A stretch of 64,000 bases of DNA from Lytechinus pictus. Lineage: Eukaryota. Both the position numbers and the translations under genes were made by a program. Every line of letters starts with the position of its first letter. The stretch's first letter is position 1. The DNA lies in the NCBI RefSeq assembly GCF_037042905.1, contig NC_087252.1, forward strand, positions 1,180,001-1,244,000, in the 5' to 3' direction. The notes below the pieces were generated by a model. The model was not told the DNA's origin, made no database searches, and saw only the letters and a list, made by a program, of their open reading frames with translations. Shown here one piece after another: positions 38,880 through 52,543 of the stretch.

Positions 38880-40300
38880 TTGGCTACATAGAGAACTACA
38901 TGTAGCTGAGGGCTTAGTTCTAGTTTTTTTTTTTTTTTTTTTTTTTGGGGGGGGGGGGGGGCTAGACCTCAAGATTTCGAACTACAGCCCCTAGTTTAGA
39001 TCTAAGCCTAGATCAAGATCCTTTAGTCCTAGAAATAATCAAATGCTAGATCCCTAGCCTACTTCCTTTCTCAGGCCTAACGTTAGATGAGTAGAACTAG
39101 ACTAGATCTAGCCTACATTTACTATTTTTAGATTTAGAATCTACATTGAGATAGAGTCTACAAGTCTCTAGATCTAGACCTATTACTATGACCCTATGTA
39201 CACCTAGATTGGTATAGTTCTAGATCTAGATAGGGTCTAACTTTTAGTCTAAGTGAGTAAGTCATTTAGTCTAGATCTAGGCCTAGGTTAGAGATTTCTA
39301 GATCAAACAGTAGACTAGATCAGCCAGTCCTAACGTTAGGGCTACCGGATAGGCTAGAAATAGAATCTAGAATGAATAGAAGAAAGCACAGGCTAGGCCG
39401 CCTAGGCCCTAGATCTAAATTCTTATAGGATAAATCTAGGCCCTAGGCCTAGTCTAGACTGAGCTGTTGCCAGTGTTGGTCTAGGTTTAGGCCTGTTTTC
39501 TAGTCCTGGAAACCTAGATCTAAACAAGTCCTCAAAATGTATAAAATAAAAACTCCAAACGAACAGATGGACCTAAAAAAAGCAGGAGTAGATCTAGATA
39601 GATGTCTTACTGCGGCAGCCCGAACACGTACTGTGACTGTGTCTAAAGACGTCGTGTCGAGGTCCCCGGGGCAAGATAGATGTCTAGACTACTACTAGGA
39701 CTAGATCTAACTTTAGGCATAGTTGGCAAGCAATGCGTAGCGATAGATCTAGCACTGTTGACAGGAATAACCGTCGTTTCTGGGGATTTATTTAAAAGTT
39801 TCTGACATTTACTGTCATATCACATTGGTGAGACTAGGCCAAAGTAACGTTAGATTGTTTAGTGTCGTACTCGTAATAGCGGAACAACCAAAATACAGTC
39901 GGAGACTGAAGCTTTTGGTCTAAGTCAGATCTATTCTAGACCTACATGTAGATCTAGATAGATCTATCCCTGTCTTAAGGCTAAGCCAGGCTAAGTCCTG
40001 CATGTTCTAGGCCTAGACCAATACTAATATAGGTCTATCGTTAGATCTAGGCCTAGGCCTATGTAGCTTCAGTCTCAGTTGCTCCACTACGGCACTAGAC
40101 TAACAAAGTTACGTTTTGCTTCAGCCTTCAGGAAAGTAAAAAGTAAAAACAATGTTCAATTCTCCTCCAAACAGACGGATATTAGTTGTAGATCTTGGGC
40201 CTAGGCTAGATCTAGGCCTAATGTTAGACCCAAGACTAGTCTCAAAAGTTACAAATGTTTTCCCTTAGACCCTAGGTCTACTTCAACTGAAGTAGAATAA
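38880..40300. other. Island of TA-flanked short palindromes
   Basis: By eye, at least a dozen TAGATCTA, about six TAGGCCTA, several TAACGTTA and TACATGTA, and many TAGACTA/TAGTCTA, with no periodicity. Confidence 0.85.
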
Positions 40301-41482
40301 AGATGTCGAGAGGAATCTATTCCATTTAGATTTTGACAAACAATACATGAAAAGTAATGAATGGGACTGATACATAAAAAACTGTGCAAGTCACTCTGTT
40401 TGGGATTGAAATGTTTTGGTAATTAAAAATATATAGATAATCTGAATAAAAAATTCTTACCATATATGGGTGATGAATGCTCTTCTTCTACTACAATAGT
40501 TGTAATTAGTTTCAATAAAATCAAACTTGTTAAGAAAAAACAACTTCAATGACATTTTTGCTATTTTGTTGCAGTCACCCCTGCAGCAGTTTAGAAGGTC
40601 ATAGGATTTGACTTTGAGACTTTGGCTTAGCCATATCGTCTGACTTGAGACAAATGTCTTAAAGTTTATAGAATATCCTTAGGGAAGATTTCTTAGACAA
40701 GCAAAATGCTAAGACAAATTGCTAAGACTTAAGCAAAAAGCTTATCTTGTTTATGGAATACGGGCCCTGAAGCCATATACATCTATATACATTTTAAACA
40801 TTTCCGGCTTGTAGAAGATTTTCCGCCTTTCATTACATCTCTCATCCTTGCAAATAATTTGTGCCCACACGAATAAATCTAGATAATGAGGCTATAAATA
40901 CTTTTAATTACCAATGTTCGTCAATTGAATAAAATACCCTGTATATAAAAAGCCAACAATTTCAAGTGATCCGAATATAGACATCTTTATTTTGTTTGCA
41001 GCGCACCCCTCGCGATTGGCTTTGTCAACAAAAGAAGACAACTCGGAAAAATTGACTTATTTCGCCTTCAAATCACATGACCATTCATGCGCGGACAATA
41101 GGGGGTACATTAGTGAACACACGACAAAATTAGTATCTGATGAGTGGATTAATTGAATGGAATTGTTACATACTTGTCTGGACACTAATCCACTTGAAAT
41201 ACAGAAGGCTGGCCTCCAGGTCTGATGCAAGTATTGAGATGTTTTTAGATCATGTCAAAAAGAATAAAGAGGATTAATAATTGAAGTATTGTTCACTTTT
41301 TGTTAACGCCTCAGACAAGAAAATCGAATGATTTGATCTATAGAGCGCATACCAGTCTAGTCAAACAATCGTTTAGCGAATTTAAAGGGCTTCTTAAAAT
41401 GTGTGTTTATTTGAAAATGGGACTTTAATTAGGATCTTGAGAGGTGTTCATTCACCAATACTATCGTAATCATCATAGGAAA

Positions 41483-41597
41483 CATGACCCCTTCCCTACC
41501 ACGCCGAGGAACCATGACCCCTTCCCCACCACGCCGAGGAACCATGACCCCTTCCACTCCACGCCGAGGAACCATGACCTCTTCCCCACCACGCCGA
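41483..41597 (+). repeat. 30-bp minisatellite, about 4 copies
   Basis: CATGACCCCTTCCCCACCACGCCGAGGAAC repeated with minor variants. Confidence 0.95.
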
Positions 41598-41694
41598 AGC
41601 CCTCAAAGATCCAATGTAGTAGGAAAAAAACACACAGGCTCACTTCATGATTTTAATCATTTTATTGAAAATAAACTCACCATAAAACCCATTC

Positions 41695-42075
41695 TCATCA
41701 TCATCATCACCATCATCACCGTCATTTTCATCTTCGTGACTATTATTATTATCATCCCCATCATGATCCTCACCACCACCACCACCACCATCACCATCAT
41801 CACCATCATCATCATCACCACCACCACCACCACCACCATCACCATCATCACCATCATCATCATCACCACCACCACCACCACCACCACCACCATCATCACC
41901 ATCACCATCATCACCATCATCATCATCATCACCATCACCATCATCACCATCATCATCATCATCATCATCATCACCATCACCATCATCACCATCATCATCA
42001 TCACCATCATCATCATCACCATCATCATCATCGTATCATCATCGCACCGTCATAAACCTTGTCACCATCACCACT
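41695..42075. repeat. Compound (CAT/CAC)n microsatellite
   Basis: Directly visible. Accounts for the poly-I/T and poly-M/V ORFs. Confidence 0.97.
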
Positions 42076-45000
42076 TCATTGTGCAATTTTGTGCAAACCG
42101 CCTCATTACATTTTATCTTCAACATTAACTTGGGTTAGTTTTTGTATATTAAATTGTCCTTTGTTATTTAATGTTACTTTTACGTGCTATTCATCTATTG
42201 GGAGAAAATCTCAAGTTTGGTACAAATACCATCACTAATCATGCAAATATCATTTTGAAAATACTCAAGGCAAACGAATGGTCCCTTCATTATTTTAAGA
42301 GAAATTAGAATCGCTCTTTAATCTAGTCGTCAACTGTCCATATTTGAGTGTTTGAGTGAATATCATTATCGATTTGTCTACCTTTACACATTGTATGATT
42401 GAATAGAGACGCATATCCTATATAATGAATTATAATTGATTTGGGGATGCATGTCGATATGTTATTGGATGTCCACTATTAAATGAGACTGTAACGCATT
42501 GCTTACACATAATGGGCTTGAGGCCATGAAGCCCACCCCCCCCATAAAAAATTAACCATCAACATGATCAAAAATAAAGAGAAAAAGACAATAAAGTAAG
42601 AGAAGTGAATAAATATAATATTATTTCCTGAATGTCATGTCAACATTTGTCACAAAATGACACATTTGTATTTAAAAGGTCGAAAGTTTTGCTCGCTCGC
42701 AGTTTTTTGTTTTTGGTTTTTAGACATTTGCCCACTACGCCATGTCTCATTGGCCCCTCATATCTTTTTATCATTACGCTACTGATGTTAAAAGGAGTGT
42801 AGTTATGAACAAAATTAGATCCTCCGTTTCCATTAAATTTTTATGCTACTTTTGTTATCCATACTTCATTTCATTTTTTTTGTAAACAAATCAAACAATT
42901 AGTTGACAAATACACGGCTAATGAAATAAAAATCGGGGTGAGTAGATGAAAATTCTACCTAATTCTAACTAATTAATGTTATTTTATAGTAGGTTTTTTT
43001 TTTTCTTTCTTCGCAGTTTTTTCTCGATGGTAGTATTCTGTCATTTGAATTTTCTTGAAATCCGGACAATATCTCCTCCCTTTTTCATGTTTGTAGAAGC
43101 TCATGTTCGAAGTATGCATATAATAAGTTGCATCAAATCAAAGAGGAGGGGTTTTATCTCTGGGAATACTTTCATTGCTGCAATTTTTTTGACTAGATGA
43201 AAGCACAACGGCCATGATAGATGAAGGTTATACCATTAACGACATGGTTGCCAAAGTAACCATAATTACGATCTTGTGCAACGGGGACCAGGTGGTTTTT
43301 TTTTATTCTCATTACAATTTTTTCGGGATTCTGACCATTTTACTGTTTCAATCTTGACAAGAGTAATGCTGCCACCCCAGGCCACCGGGATCTAACTAGT
43401 GTTCCTATCCCTAATTATTTTTTAAAGATATATTTTTCTTTAATTCCTTTTTATAGTTCATCAATATAATCAATAATTAATACAAGAAATCCGGCAATGT
43501 AGTCATTGTGCAATCATGTGATTACTTCGCCGTACGTATACTTTTTTTTGCTGGGGGCGCAGGACGCGTAAACTTTTTCAAAAAATAAGTCGAAAGCGAG
43601 GGAGCAAAGCGACCGAACTTTCATAGGGGCGCTTTTGCATTTTTTGTAATGTGAAGTTGCATACCTTGATGAATTTTGTGAGAATTTTCTGTTAAAAATA
43701 TAAGTTTTCAAAATGTCTGGGGGAGAGCAACTGCCCCCCCCCCCTCCCGTTGCGTACGGCCATGTGTGATTAAGATTCCTATGTAATCTATTAAAAAAAT
43801 GAAGACAAATAAAGGAAAGTGCAGGCCCATGAATGGGTGTTGAAAACTAAAAACAATGTTATGCAAATCAGCTTAAACCAAACAGGAATTCTATAACTTA
43901 ACAAATAAATGTATTTCGGAACCACTCTGCTTGCGAGAGGTATGAGAGGGTTCGGTGTAGCCTAATAAAAATACACAACTGCACGATAGTATAACATATA
44001 AAGCCCGTTAAAACTGTAATGCCTTGAATTATTTCTTTGAAAAATATTTCAATTGTCTTTTAACTAGCTGATTGACTTTTTTTCCATGAAGCCTAAGGAT
44101 TTAAAGTGCCATCATTTATTATTTTTCATGGGTAAGGGAATCCTTTTCGACGAAATCGACAGCTGTGAACAAAATACTTTAGCATCCATTATTCTTCTAA
44201 TATACGCATACCCTTGACGCCAGATGTACATGTTGAAATAGTGTCAATTACTGAACATACAAATATAGGCCTACATTCTATTTGTCAATATTACAATCCA
44301 ACAAAAGTCATAACTACCCGTCCATGCCATCTCACCCTAGGGGCATTATGAAATAATAATAATACAAAAAATAGGGGCACAGCATTGCGCATGAGGGAAA
44401 ATTTCTAAAAAGTTGAATTTCTAAAAAGTTGGCGCTTATTTGGCTTATAAAATAAAAAAACTTGTAATGTGATAAATTTTGACAAATTTGTCACCAAATT
44501 ATATCGTATTTTCACCGTTTTCTTTTCCTTTCATTTTCTCTGTCTTTTTTTTCCTTTTTTTTTGTTTTTTGGTCGAGCAACCTTTTTTTCAGAGGGGGAT
44601 TTCAAGAACCCCCAAGCCTCCACCCCAGTCATTACGCCAGTGCCCCATCCGATCACGTGATCAAAGTTGAGACCGGTGAAATCAGGAGGACCATTTTGAC
44701 GAACAAACGAAGAGAGATGTCCGATCAATGTGCAGTGGGCGAGAAAATGCTCCGACTTGTTGTCAAAAAGAGCCCCTTTTCATTGAGATAACAAAAGGAA
44801 CAACCAAGGGACAGCCGTATAACGGGAAGTCTGCTTTAGCCATGTTAGCGAAGTCTTGTGCTCGCTTCGGTTCTTAAGAGCGATCCCGAGAGGAGTTGTT
44901 ACGCGAGGACGAAATCATTTTCATTAATCATCCTCGTATCGGATTCATGTCAAATATACGCGAACGTGTGCAAACCAAGGCGGTATCCTTCGCGGAATAC

Positions 45001-46844
45001 ATTAATTTTTTGCGATCATTTTCAGAGACACCTTTTGATCTTCCAACGAAAAATTGGAACTGGAGAGATGTGATTGTAGATTGGATCATATTTCATTTAT
45101 AGCATCTGCGCTCTTCCGCGGGAGAAAATTGTATGCGTTTGATTTAAAAGAGAAACAAACTGAAGTGGCTGATCGGACACTGGTATTTTAAATTAACAAA
45201 ATCTTCATGTGCTGAAGGAGTGTTGCAAACGCAGATTGTATTTTATTTTGAGCAACCGAGACTTGGGAACTAAACGATTTTCTTTTTCCGAGCCTTTTGA
45301 TTATAACTGATGTGATTAATGTGATACCTTGTCCCACCTTGTTCATTTCTGGAAATTATATACCGTGCATTGAGATTCAGTTGTCGGAAAGATTTCGTGA
45401 TTGGATTTGCATACGAGGTAAGTGTTAAATCGAGATTTAAATCGGAAATAATTATGTCACACCCCATCCCTTTTATAGTGTAAAACAGACTTCCTAATTT
45501 TGCTATTTTGCTTATATCTTTTTCAAATGTAACTTATTATGTTTTTACCTCTTGAAAATACTAATGTAACTTTGGAAGCTTCGAACTTAGATGACGAGTG
45601 ATATTAACGAAAACATGCGTTTTAAAATATCATATATATGAATGAGAAACTGATGAGATAGCAAACAGAAGTAATTATGAATGATATACATGTTTAAAAA
45701 TTCTAAGATCTGTGGCGATTATTCATTGAAATTACTTATAAGATTAATATAGATGAAGGATGATATACCATTGAAACCTGGTGGATTGCATTTTATTACG
45801 AATCCAAAACAGGGTCGAAATTCAAATATAATGGGATCCAAAATCACCCTTTTACATCGTGTACGTATCATCCGGATATATTTTAAATTAGTTCATAATC
45901 CAAGAAATTTGAATTATGGTGAAGCTTGACTGATGTTGTTAATTTTGTAGCCTAATTATCAGTGATCGGGCAGCATGTTAACCTTAAAGTTGCATAACCG
46001 GGGGCGGCACTCGGCATGGGCAGTCGCTATTTCTGAATATAGGGGGAGGATAGAAAAATGAAGAAAAGAGAAGAGAGAATAATTATCATAGTTACAAGAA
46101 GAATGATTTCATACATCAAAACAGTCTATTTCTTAGATTGTATTCAGCATATTTAGACACAAACACCCAAATGACATTATCAGTTCCAATGAGATTGTAA
46201 GCTCTTCCTTTTTTATCCCAAATAATCGCAGATAGAGATATTTCTTCATTTGAAATTGAGTGATAAAAGGACGTTCTTTGTCATACATGTATATCATTCT
46301 CAACAGTGTTCATACTTGATACATTTTAATAGTTTATCTCCATGATCTGTACGTAATGTATATTTTTCTCAAATTTAAATAAATGGAATATAACTTGTGT
46401 AATGTTGGCATTTTTGTTCATAATATGATTGATGCACGTTCGAAATGAAACATGAAAATAGTAAGGTAACGCCATTAACACCGGTGTGAGAGTTAAGCCA
46501 ATGTTGATTGGCTGCAACGTTGAAACGATTCCGTGAAATATATTCAAATTCCATTCAATCGCAATAAATTGGATTAGTGAATTAAATCACCCTGAAGGGA
46601 AGTGTTTGTCTCGCACATGAATGAGTAAAGAAGGGCATTGCCTTTGAGGAATGGAAATGTGACGATCCCTCATCGATTGAATCCGAGTTGATTAACTATG
46701 CTATTATCACATATTTATTGTTTGACACATGTCATGAATTTCACTCTTAATTAAACTCCTTTACTGCCTTTGACATATTATGTTAAATTCTGATGGGACG
46801 AGATAGCCTTGTAGAGATGATAAAAGGAATGTTGGATCGAAGAA

Positions 46845-47257
46845 TCATTCATTGTTATATATGTTATGCTGTGGTTGTGGTTTTGCATTGGGTATATCAG
46901 AAGGAGGGTACATGGTATAGGTGCTTGGATGTACCCCGCCCAATACGGCACCACTGGGCATCGTGGCAAGGCGAACGGGGAGATTGGGGTATATGCGCGG
47001 TGCGGTACCGACCATGCGCTGTTCAGGGGAGCGTTTCCTCAATATTTTCATCCGACAAGTTGTCAGATCTGACATCTTTCCATAATTTTGATTGGCTGAG
47101 AGGCACTGTTCCTATGGTAACTGTCGGATAAAATGGGACTTGTCGGATAAAACGTCCGACAAGTCCTTTCATGAAATGCCCCCCCAGTTAGACGTATCGA
47201 GAAGTTGGCTAGGATCATGAGGATGATCTCCAGAACCACGCCCAAGTAATTACTTCC
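46845..47257 (-). pseudogene. Possible membrane-protein C-terminal frame interrupted by a MITE
   Basis: Removing 47027-47184 and one TSD joins GSNYLGVVLEIILMILANFSIRLT in frame to EQRMVGTAPRIYPNLP...YPPSDIPNAKPQPQHNIYNNE*. Confidence 0.4.
47027..47184. mobile_element. MITE with CAG TSD
   Basis: cag-GGGAGCGTTTC...GAAATGCCCCCC-cag. A diverged second copy lies at 54238-54393. Confidence 0.8.
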
Positions 47258-47459
47258 CTACATTGCTATGGATGAACTTGGCAAAGGCGAGGAAGAGGAA
47301 TGAGCTCAAGGGTCAAACCCCAACCGAATTTCCAGGTTGAATGTTTAAAGAGTGAGAGGGCCATCTATCTAGCCACCTCTGAGCCGAGAACCACGCCCAG
47401 ATTAAAGGAGCGGATTTATCTAGAGGCGTGGAATAAAACCATCACCATATCATCTATAG

Positions 47460-47724
47460 CACTGGCATACTAACAGATGAGGTACTCAGGGGCTATGGAC
47501 CCCAAAAAGTTTTCACGACCAAAAAAAAAAGAACATGAAAGAAAACGAGAGAAAAGGGGAGAAATATGCATGATATTACTCTTTGAACAGTATGTCAAAA
47601 TCTATCACAAAATCAGATTTTTGTATTAAAATGGTTACTTTTGTTCACTCGCTTCAGCTTTCAATAATTGTTTGCCCCATATGCCCTATCGTACCCGCTC
47701 AGAATTCGGGCCATTACGCTACTG
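47460..47724. mobile_element. hAT-like MITE
   Basis: Ends CACTGGCATA and TACGCTACTG. Imperfect 8-bp TSD ATCTATAG/ATCTACAA. Relative at ~42510-42784. Confidence 0.6.
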
Positions 47725-48149
47725 ATCTACAAGATCCTTTTGTAGATTTATTTTTTCATTTTCATTTTTGTTTTTTTTTTTTGGGGGGGTCTTTATTGTG
47801 TCATTTTCTCAAAATATATAATCGCTACCCAGAGGGAAAATGACTTTTTAAGACAGTACAAAAGTTTGTAGATTTTTCTTATTATTTTGGAGGGTTGACG
47901 TTAATGAGGGATTATGGTAGGAATGATGACCCCTTTCTTTTTTATTTGCTTGTCAAAAAATATTGACGGGGAAACCGCATATGTCATGAATGAGGTGACT
48001 TTTAATTGACCTCTGTCTGGCTCTCAGATTTTTAAAGGAAAAAGTGGGCCCCTTTTTTAGGGGGTGGCTCCTTCTCAAGGGGAGCCTGGATCCACCATTA
48101 GTTCCTCTTTTAAATAATCTTTCATTCCTAGGAGCATTTCCTTTCAAAT

Positions 48150-48402
48150 CAGTAGCGAAATGAGCCAAACAAATTTGAGGGGGCTAGATTTGGCGTATTG
48201 GGCGGAATTTATTAAAAGTTGCAAACAAGCGAAGTGAACGATCAAAAATTTACAAATACCCTAATTTTGTGATAGATTTTGACATAATATTCAGAAATAA
48301 TATTATATTTCAACCCTTATCTCTTTCCTTTTTTCTTGGTCGTGAAGATTTTTAGGGGGCAAGCGCCCCAGCCCCCCCCCCCCCCCCATATGTACGCCAC
48401 TG
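48150..48402. mobile_element. hAT-like MITE
   Basis: Ends CAGTAGCGAA and TACGCCACTG. 8-bp TSD TTTCAAAT/TTTAAAAT. Confidence 0.7.
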
Positions 48403-51399
48403 TTTAAAATTAAGATTAATGCCTGCAAGTGAATACTGTTATCATGATAGTATTTTCGACTCATTGCTTGGCGGTTAAAACAAATCTGGGCAGTTGCAAA
48501 TAAATTATCGTTACCCCAGTCGTTTTATTTTTCATCCTTGATTTACAATTGGAAATATCTCAGTTTCATTGCAGTGACGTCTTTGTAACGATTTTCTATC
48601 CCAAGAGGTTTTGAAATCTTGATAAGATGAAATCAAGAAACAAGAAGACAATAGAGTGATTGCCAAACGGCGGAGAAAATCGCCTTGGGGAAATTATATA
48701 GAATGTTCAAACAATTACCACATTGAAAGAGTTATTAGTCATGTTAGTGTGTGTGCATGACCGTTTCAATTCTTTTGTCGCCATTCTTGCTTCCAAATTC
48801 TATGAAATCATCTACTTCTTGCACTTATTTTTTCCTGGGGGAGCTCGTTCGAAAACGAATCGCATCAGATTAGATTAGAGGTTCAACAAGTATTTATTGT
48901 GAAGATATTAGACAAAATGCTTTGGAATTATCCAAGAAAGCAAACATTTCTATTTTTTGGGGTGGGGTATTTGACTTCAATCTTCGTAGGCCTGAAAAAC
49001 AACATTTGGAATGTCAGCGATTATCATGATAAAGCACATTTCAGAAAATAATGTGAATATGGGCAACCTATTGCACCCACGAATCGTATTAAATGGGTCG
49101 TCCGCCATTTTGTTTTAGAATGAACTAAGAGTAAAGTTTCAATGAAAAAAAACGTTTTGTATTTAACATGTTTAATGATGTCTATAATTTTGTACGATAT
49201 AACGAGGTTTGAATTTAGACTCTTAAACAAGTTGTGTTCAAACAACTTGCTTTTTAAAAAGTTTAAGCAATTGTTAAAAAGTTCAAACAACTTGTTTATA
49301 AGTATAATAGTTGTGATAGTGACTGGCTTTAAAAACATGCTTGAAATTTTAAACAATGTTTTTCGATCAAATCAACTAAAAAGTGAATTAAGGTAGATTA
49401 CCACTTTGGTTTACAAAATGTTCTGTTTTCCGCTTGATCTCATCCTGTCTTTCCCTTGTTGGTCTACAACCATTATGTCTATTATCCAGTTGGTCTAATT
49501 GACCATGTATTATTTTTATTTTCTAATTTCCATATAGGCTACACCCATATTGTCGAGTATCCACTCGGACAATGACTAGATGAATTATTGATGAGGCAAA
49601 TAGTCACTTGACAAAAAACGAAAAGGTGGAAAGAAATTGAAATATATATGACTACTGAGAACTAGTGAGACCTACTGGTAATTGGATCATATTGATAGCG
49701 TATAGACGAAGTTGATTTAGCTATAATGCTGTTAGATGATTCGAGAATTAGACCATTTGCAAGTAGGTCATCGGAATAAAGAGGTGTACTTTTCATGTCT
49801 CTTATTTGCCATTGTGAGCAAACTAGTATTAAGTGACTATTTACTCTCATGCTTCTAACACTTTAGAACGGTACTCGAACCATTTAAAAGTAAATAAATG
49901 AATACGTAAATTAAAATTCGTAGAAGTAGACTCTAATGTCTCCAGGGTACCAGTCTATTCTGACTGTTGTTTGGCAAAATTTATATGATTCTGTCTTTGA
50001 TACTTATCTTATCATGTCTATAGAAAAGTTCTTGCCCAGTTCATTCCTGTATAATAATCAGGGCCGGCCAGAATATTTTGACTGGGGTGGCTAGAAGACA
50101 TGAAGATGACGTCATATTTATTTCTGTTGGATTATAGAGATATTACTATAGAGTTATATAGAGTTACACCACCCAAATACTCTTGTCTTTCTTTCTTCAT
50201 TTTTATTCCATGATTCTATCCCATTTCTGGGTTCGCCACTTGCCGCCACGCCCCCCCCCCCCCCCCGATAAAACCGCCCCTTCCTATTCCGACTGGCATA
50301 TGACTGGTACTATTCTCAGTTTGACAAATATATTTTGTCATTTCCATGGAAACATTTATTCTTTAGCTCCTTCCTGCTATCTGTAATGGTTGTGGTCCGA
50401 CTCGAATCAATTAACAAAATCTCGTCAAGTCAACAAGCAAACCCTCAGTGTAAATACCTGGTAATGTCAAGGGATCTCATTCTCAGCCAATTTCGGTTCA
50501 ATAAGAATTCACGGACACAAACTCATCTTTATGTCAATTTTCGCAGTGAGTTAATATTTACACAGCATTCATAGATCGCAACCGTTTCGTTCTATTCATA
50601 TTCATTTTCAAACCGCAGATTAACGAGGACAAAAGGCGTTAAGATTGTGGAGACACACGCGAAATACCACGCTGAAAATGATCAAAAATACATTGACCAT
50701 AATCACGCATCTTGGTTTTATAGGAAAGGGGTTAATTCTCTCCCAGGCGTAAAAGTATTGGCGAATGCCAGTGACGTTCTAATAAATTAAATTCACAATA
50801 AAGCAACTAAAAGAAACAGAAAACAAAATTTGAGTAAAGATAGAAAATAGATTGATATAAACATTGGGTATGCGACCCCGTCGTAGGCATGGCAAAGATA
50901 ATATTTCAAAATTATATATGTGTAAATCAACGTAGCGACTGTTTATTTAGTCTAATCGATAAACATGTATCTCATCCGTGACGAAGAGATGAGTGATGAC
51001 GATAAACGCGAGGATATGTGTCGGCGTTCAGGCGGGACGAGATTTTTTTTTTTTAATCGCAGGCGGGACAGGCTTGTTGTCAAACAGACAGGACAACAAA
51101 TCTATTATTGTAAATTATTAGTTCATTCATAATGATCAGAATTCATTTCTCTGCGCGAGTGTGATTTGGTGTCACGGAACTCAGTTACAATAACTTTACT
51201 ATTGCCCGGTACGTAATAACCCAAGCGCTGGATAGTGATAGTGGATAGTTGTATGTGCGTTGGATCTTTCTGGATTGATGCTGGAAAAGGGGCGACTGCA
51301 AAACAGTATTTGATCGAAGAGAGTGAGTAATTTGTTTGTGGAAGAGTTGTCATCTTAATTAGAAGTTGTCATTGAAATTGTAATGTTAATTTAAGATAT

Positions 51400-51605
51400 T
51401 TATTTCCAGGGACCTCGGGGAAGAACAGATGGGCTATATTAATAGCCCATCTGAAACGAGTCATCCCTACGATATGTATAAGTTTTATATGTTGTTTTAT
51501 ATTCATTATTTATGTTATGATTCTGTTATACTAATTTGATCTTACAATGTATATTTTGTTTATATTTATATATTTTTTAACGTGAATAAACCAAACCAAC
51601 CAAAA
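51400..51605 (+). mobile_element. Probable LINE 3' UTR and tail
   Basis: 12-bp perfect hairpin CAGATGGGCTAT/ATAGCCCATCTG, T-rich tract, then AATAAA and (CCAA)n tail. Confidence 0.4.
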
Positions 51606-52398
51606 AATCTAGAAGTTTCTATCCAAGTTAGCCTTTTGTTTTTCTCTAGCATGAGGATATAAGTTCAGCCTATATATTCAGCAAAATAAATAAACATTTT
51701 CATATTTTTCGTATTGCACTCGAAAAAGTGTGTGATAATGTAACATGAAGTGCATGAGCTTGATCTAGGATCCAGATTTGAGAACAAAAAGGAAAGATCA
51801 TCCCTGACATTTGGTCACTTTTTTCGAAAAAAAAAATTGGTTTCCGTCCTCAGAATACTTACTCACGAATGCCCTATTTAGATTCGTATTTTACTTTCAC
51901 GAAGTATGTTATGCATGCATCATTATTTATGCTTAAGTTTTCCTTCTTATCTGCATATGCTACACTTCTCTGTTCAATATCACTTTACACGGTGAAAAAA
52001 AGTAAACAGTGGCGGGGGGGGTCATTTCAGAGCCCCACTGCAAAAATAAACCAATTATCATCATAATTTCCAGTAAAAGGGGCATTACCACATTGGACCA
52101 CAGTATTTGTAAACAGATTTGTGTTTTAAGATTAACACATTCATGCGTCCACTGATCAGGGAATAATTTGTGATTGTTCCAAGAAAATTTCTGATAATTT
52201 ATCTTTTCTTGGACCTTTAGTATACTACTCTTTTAAAATAAATTTGAAGAAAAAAAAAACAATTTCACCCCCATCATCCCCGGGATTTTCGAGAAATAAT
52301 TCGCCTATAATAAGAGATCATTAAGATAGTCCTCATCCATGAATTAATGAAAGGAGTATTAGATCCGCCAATAAAACAACTAGTCACTATCATCCCTG

Positions 52399-52543
52399 AG
52401 ACCCGTTGCACAAACAGTTGAGTTTAAACACAACTCAAGAAATCAAGCACAAGTCCCTAGTACGCGCATTCCATTGGTTAAAAATCAAGTTGATTTTGAT
52501 TGTTTTTATTTTGTTTGATCGCAACTCTTTGTGCAACCGACCC
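52399..52543. mobile_element. MITE with CTG TSD
   Basis: ctg-AGACCCGTTGCACAAA...TTTGTGCAACCGACCC-ctg. Confidence 0.7.

Larger units (their letters stand above)
37118..40767. mobile_element. 3.65 kb non-autonomous TIR transposon (PIF/Harbinger-superfamily-like)
   Basis: 28-bp TIRs GGGCCCGTATTCCATAAACGAGATAAGC and GCTTATCTTGTTTATGGAATACGGGCCC (one mismatch). Subterminal CTAAG/CTTAG/TAAGAC repeats at both ends. Confidence 0.85.

Noticed and set aside
38923..38961. Poly-T/poly-G run and other G/C homopolymers as G-quadruplex signals
   Set aside because: Such runs occur throughout the MITEs in this window and their lengths are error-prone.
41484..42128. 214-aa and 124-aa low-complexity ORFs
   Set aside because: Translations of a 30-bp minisatellite and a CAT/CAC microsatellite.
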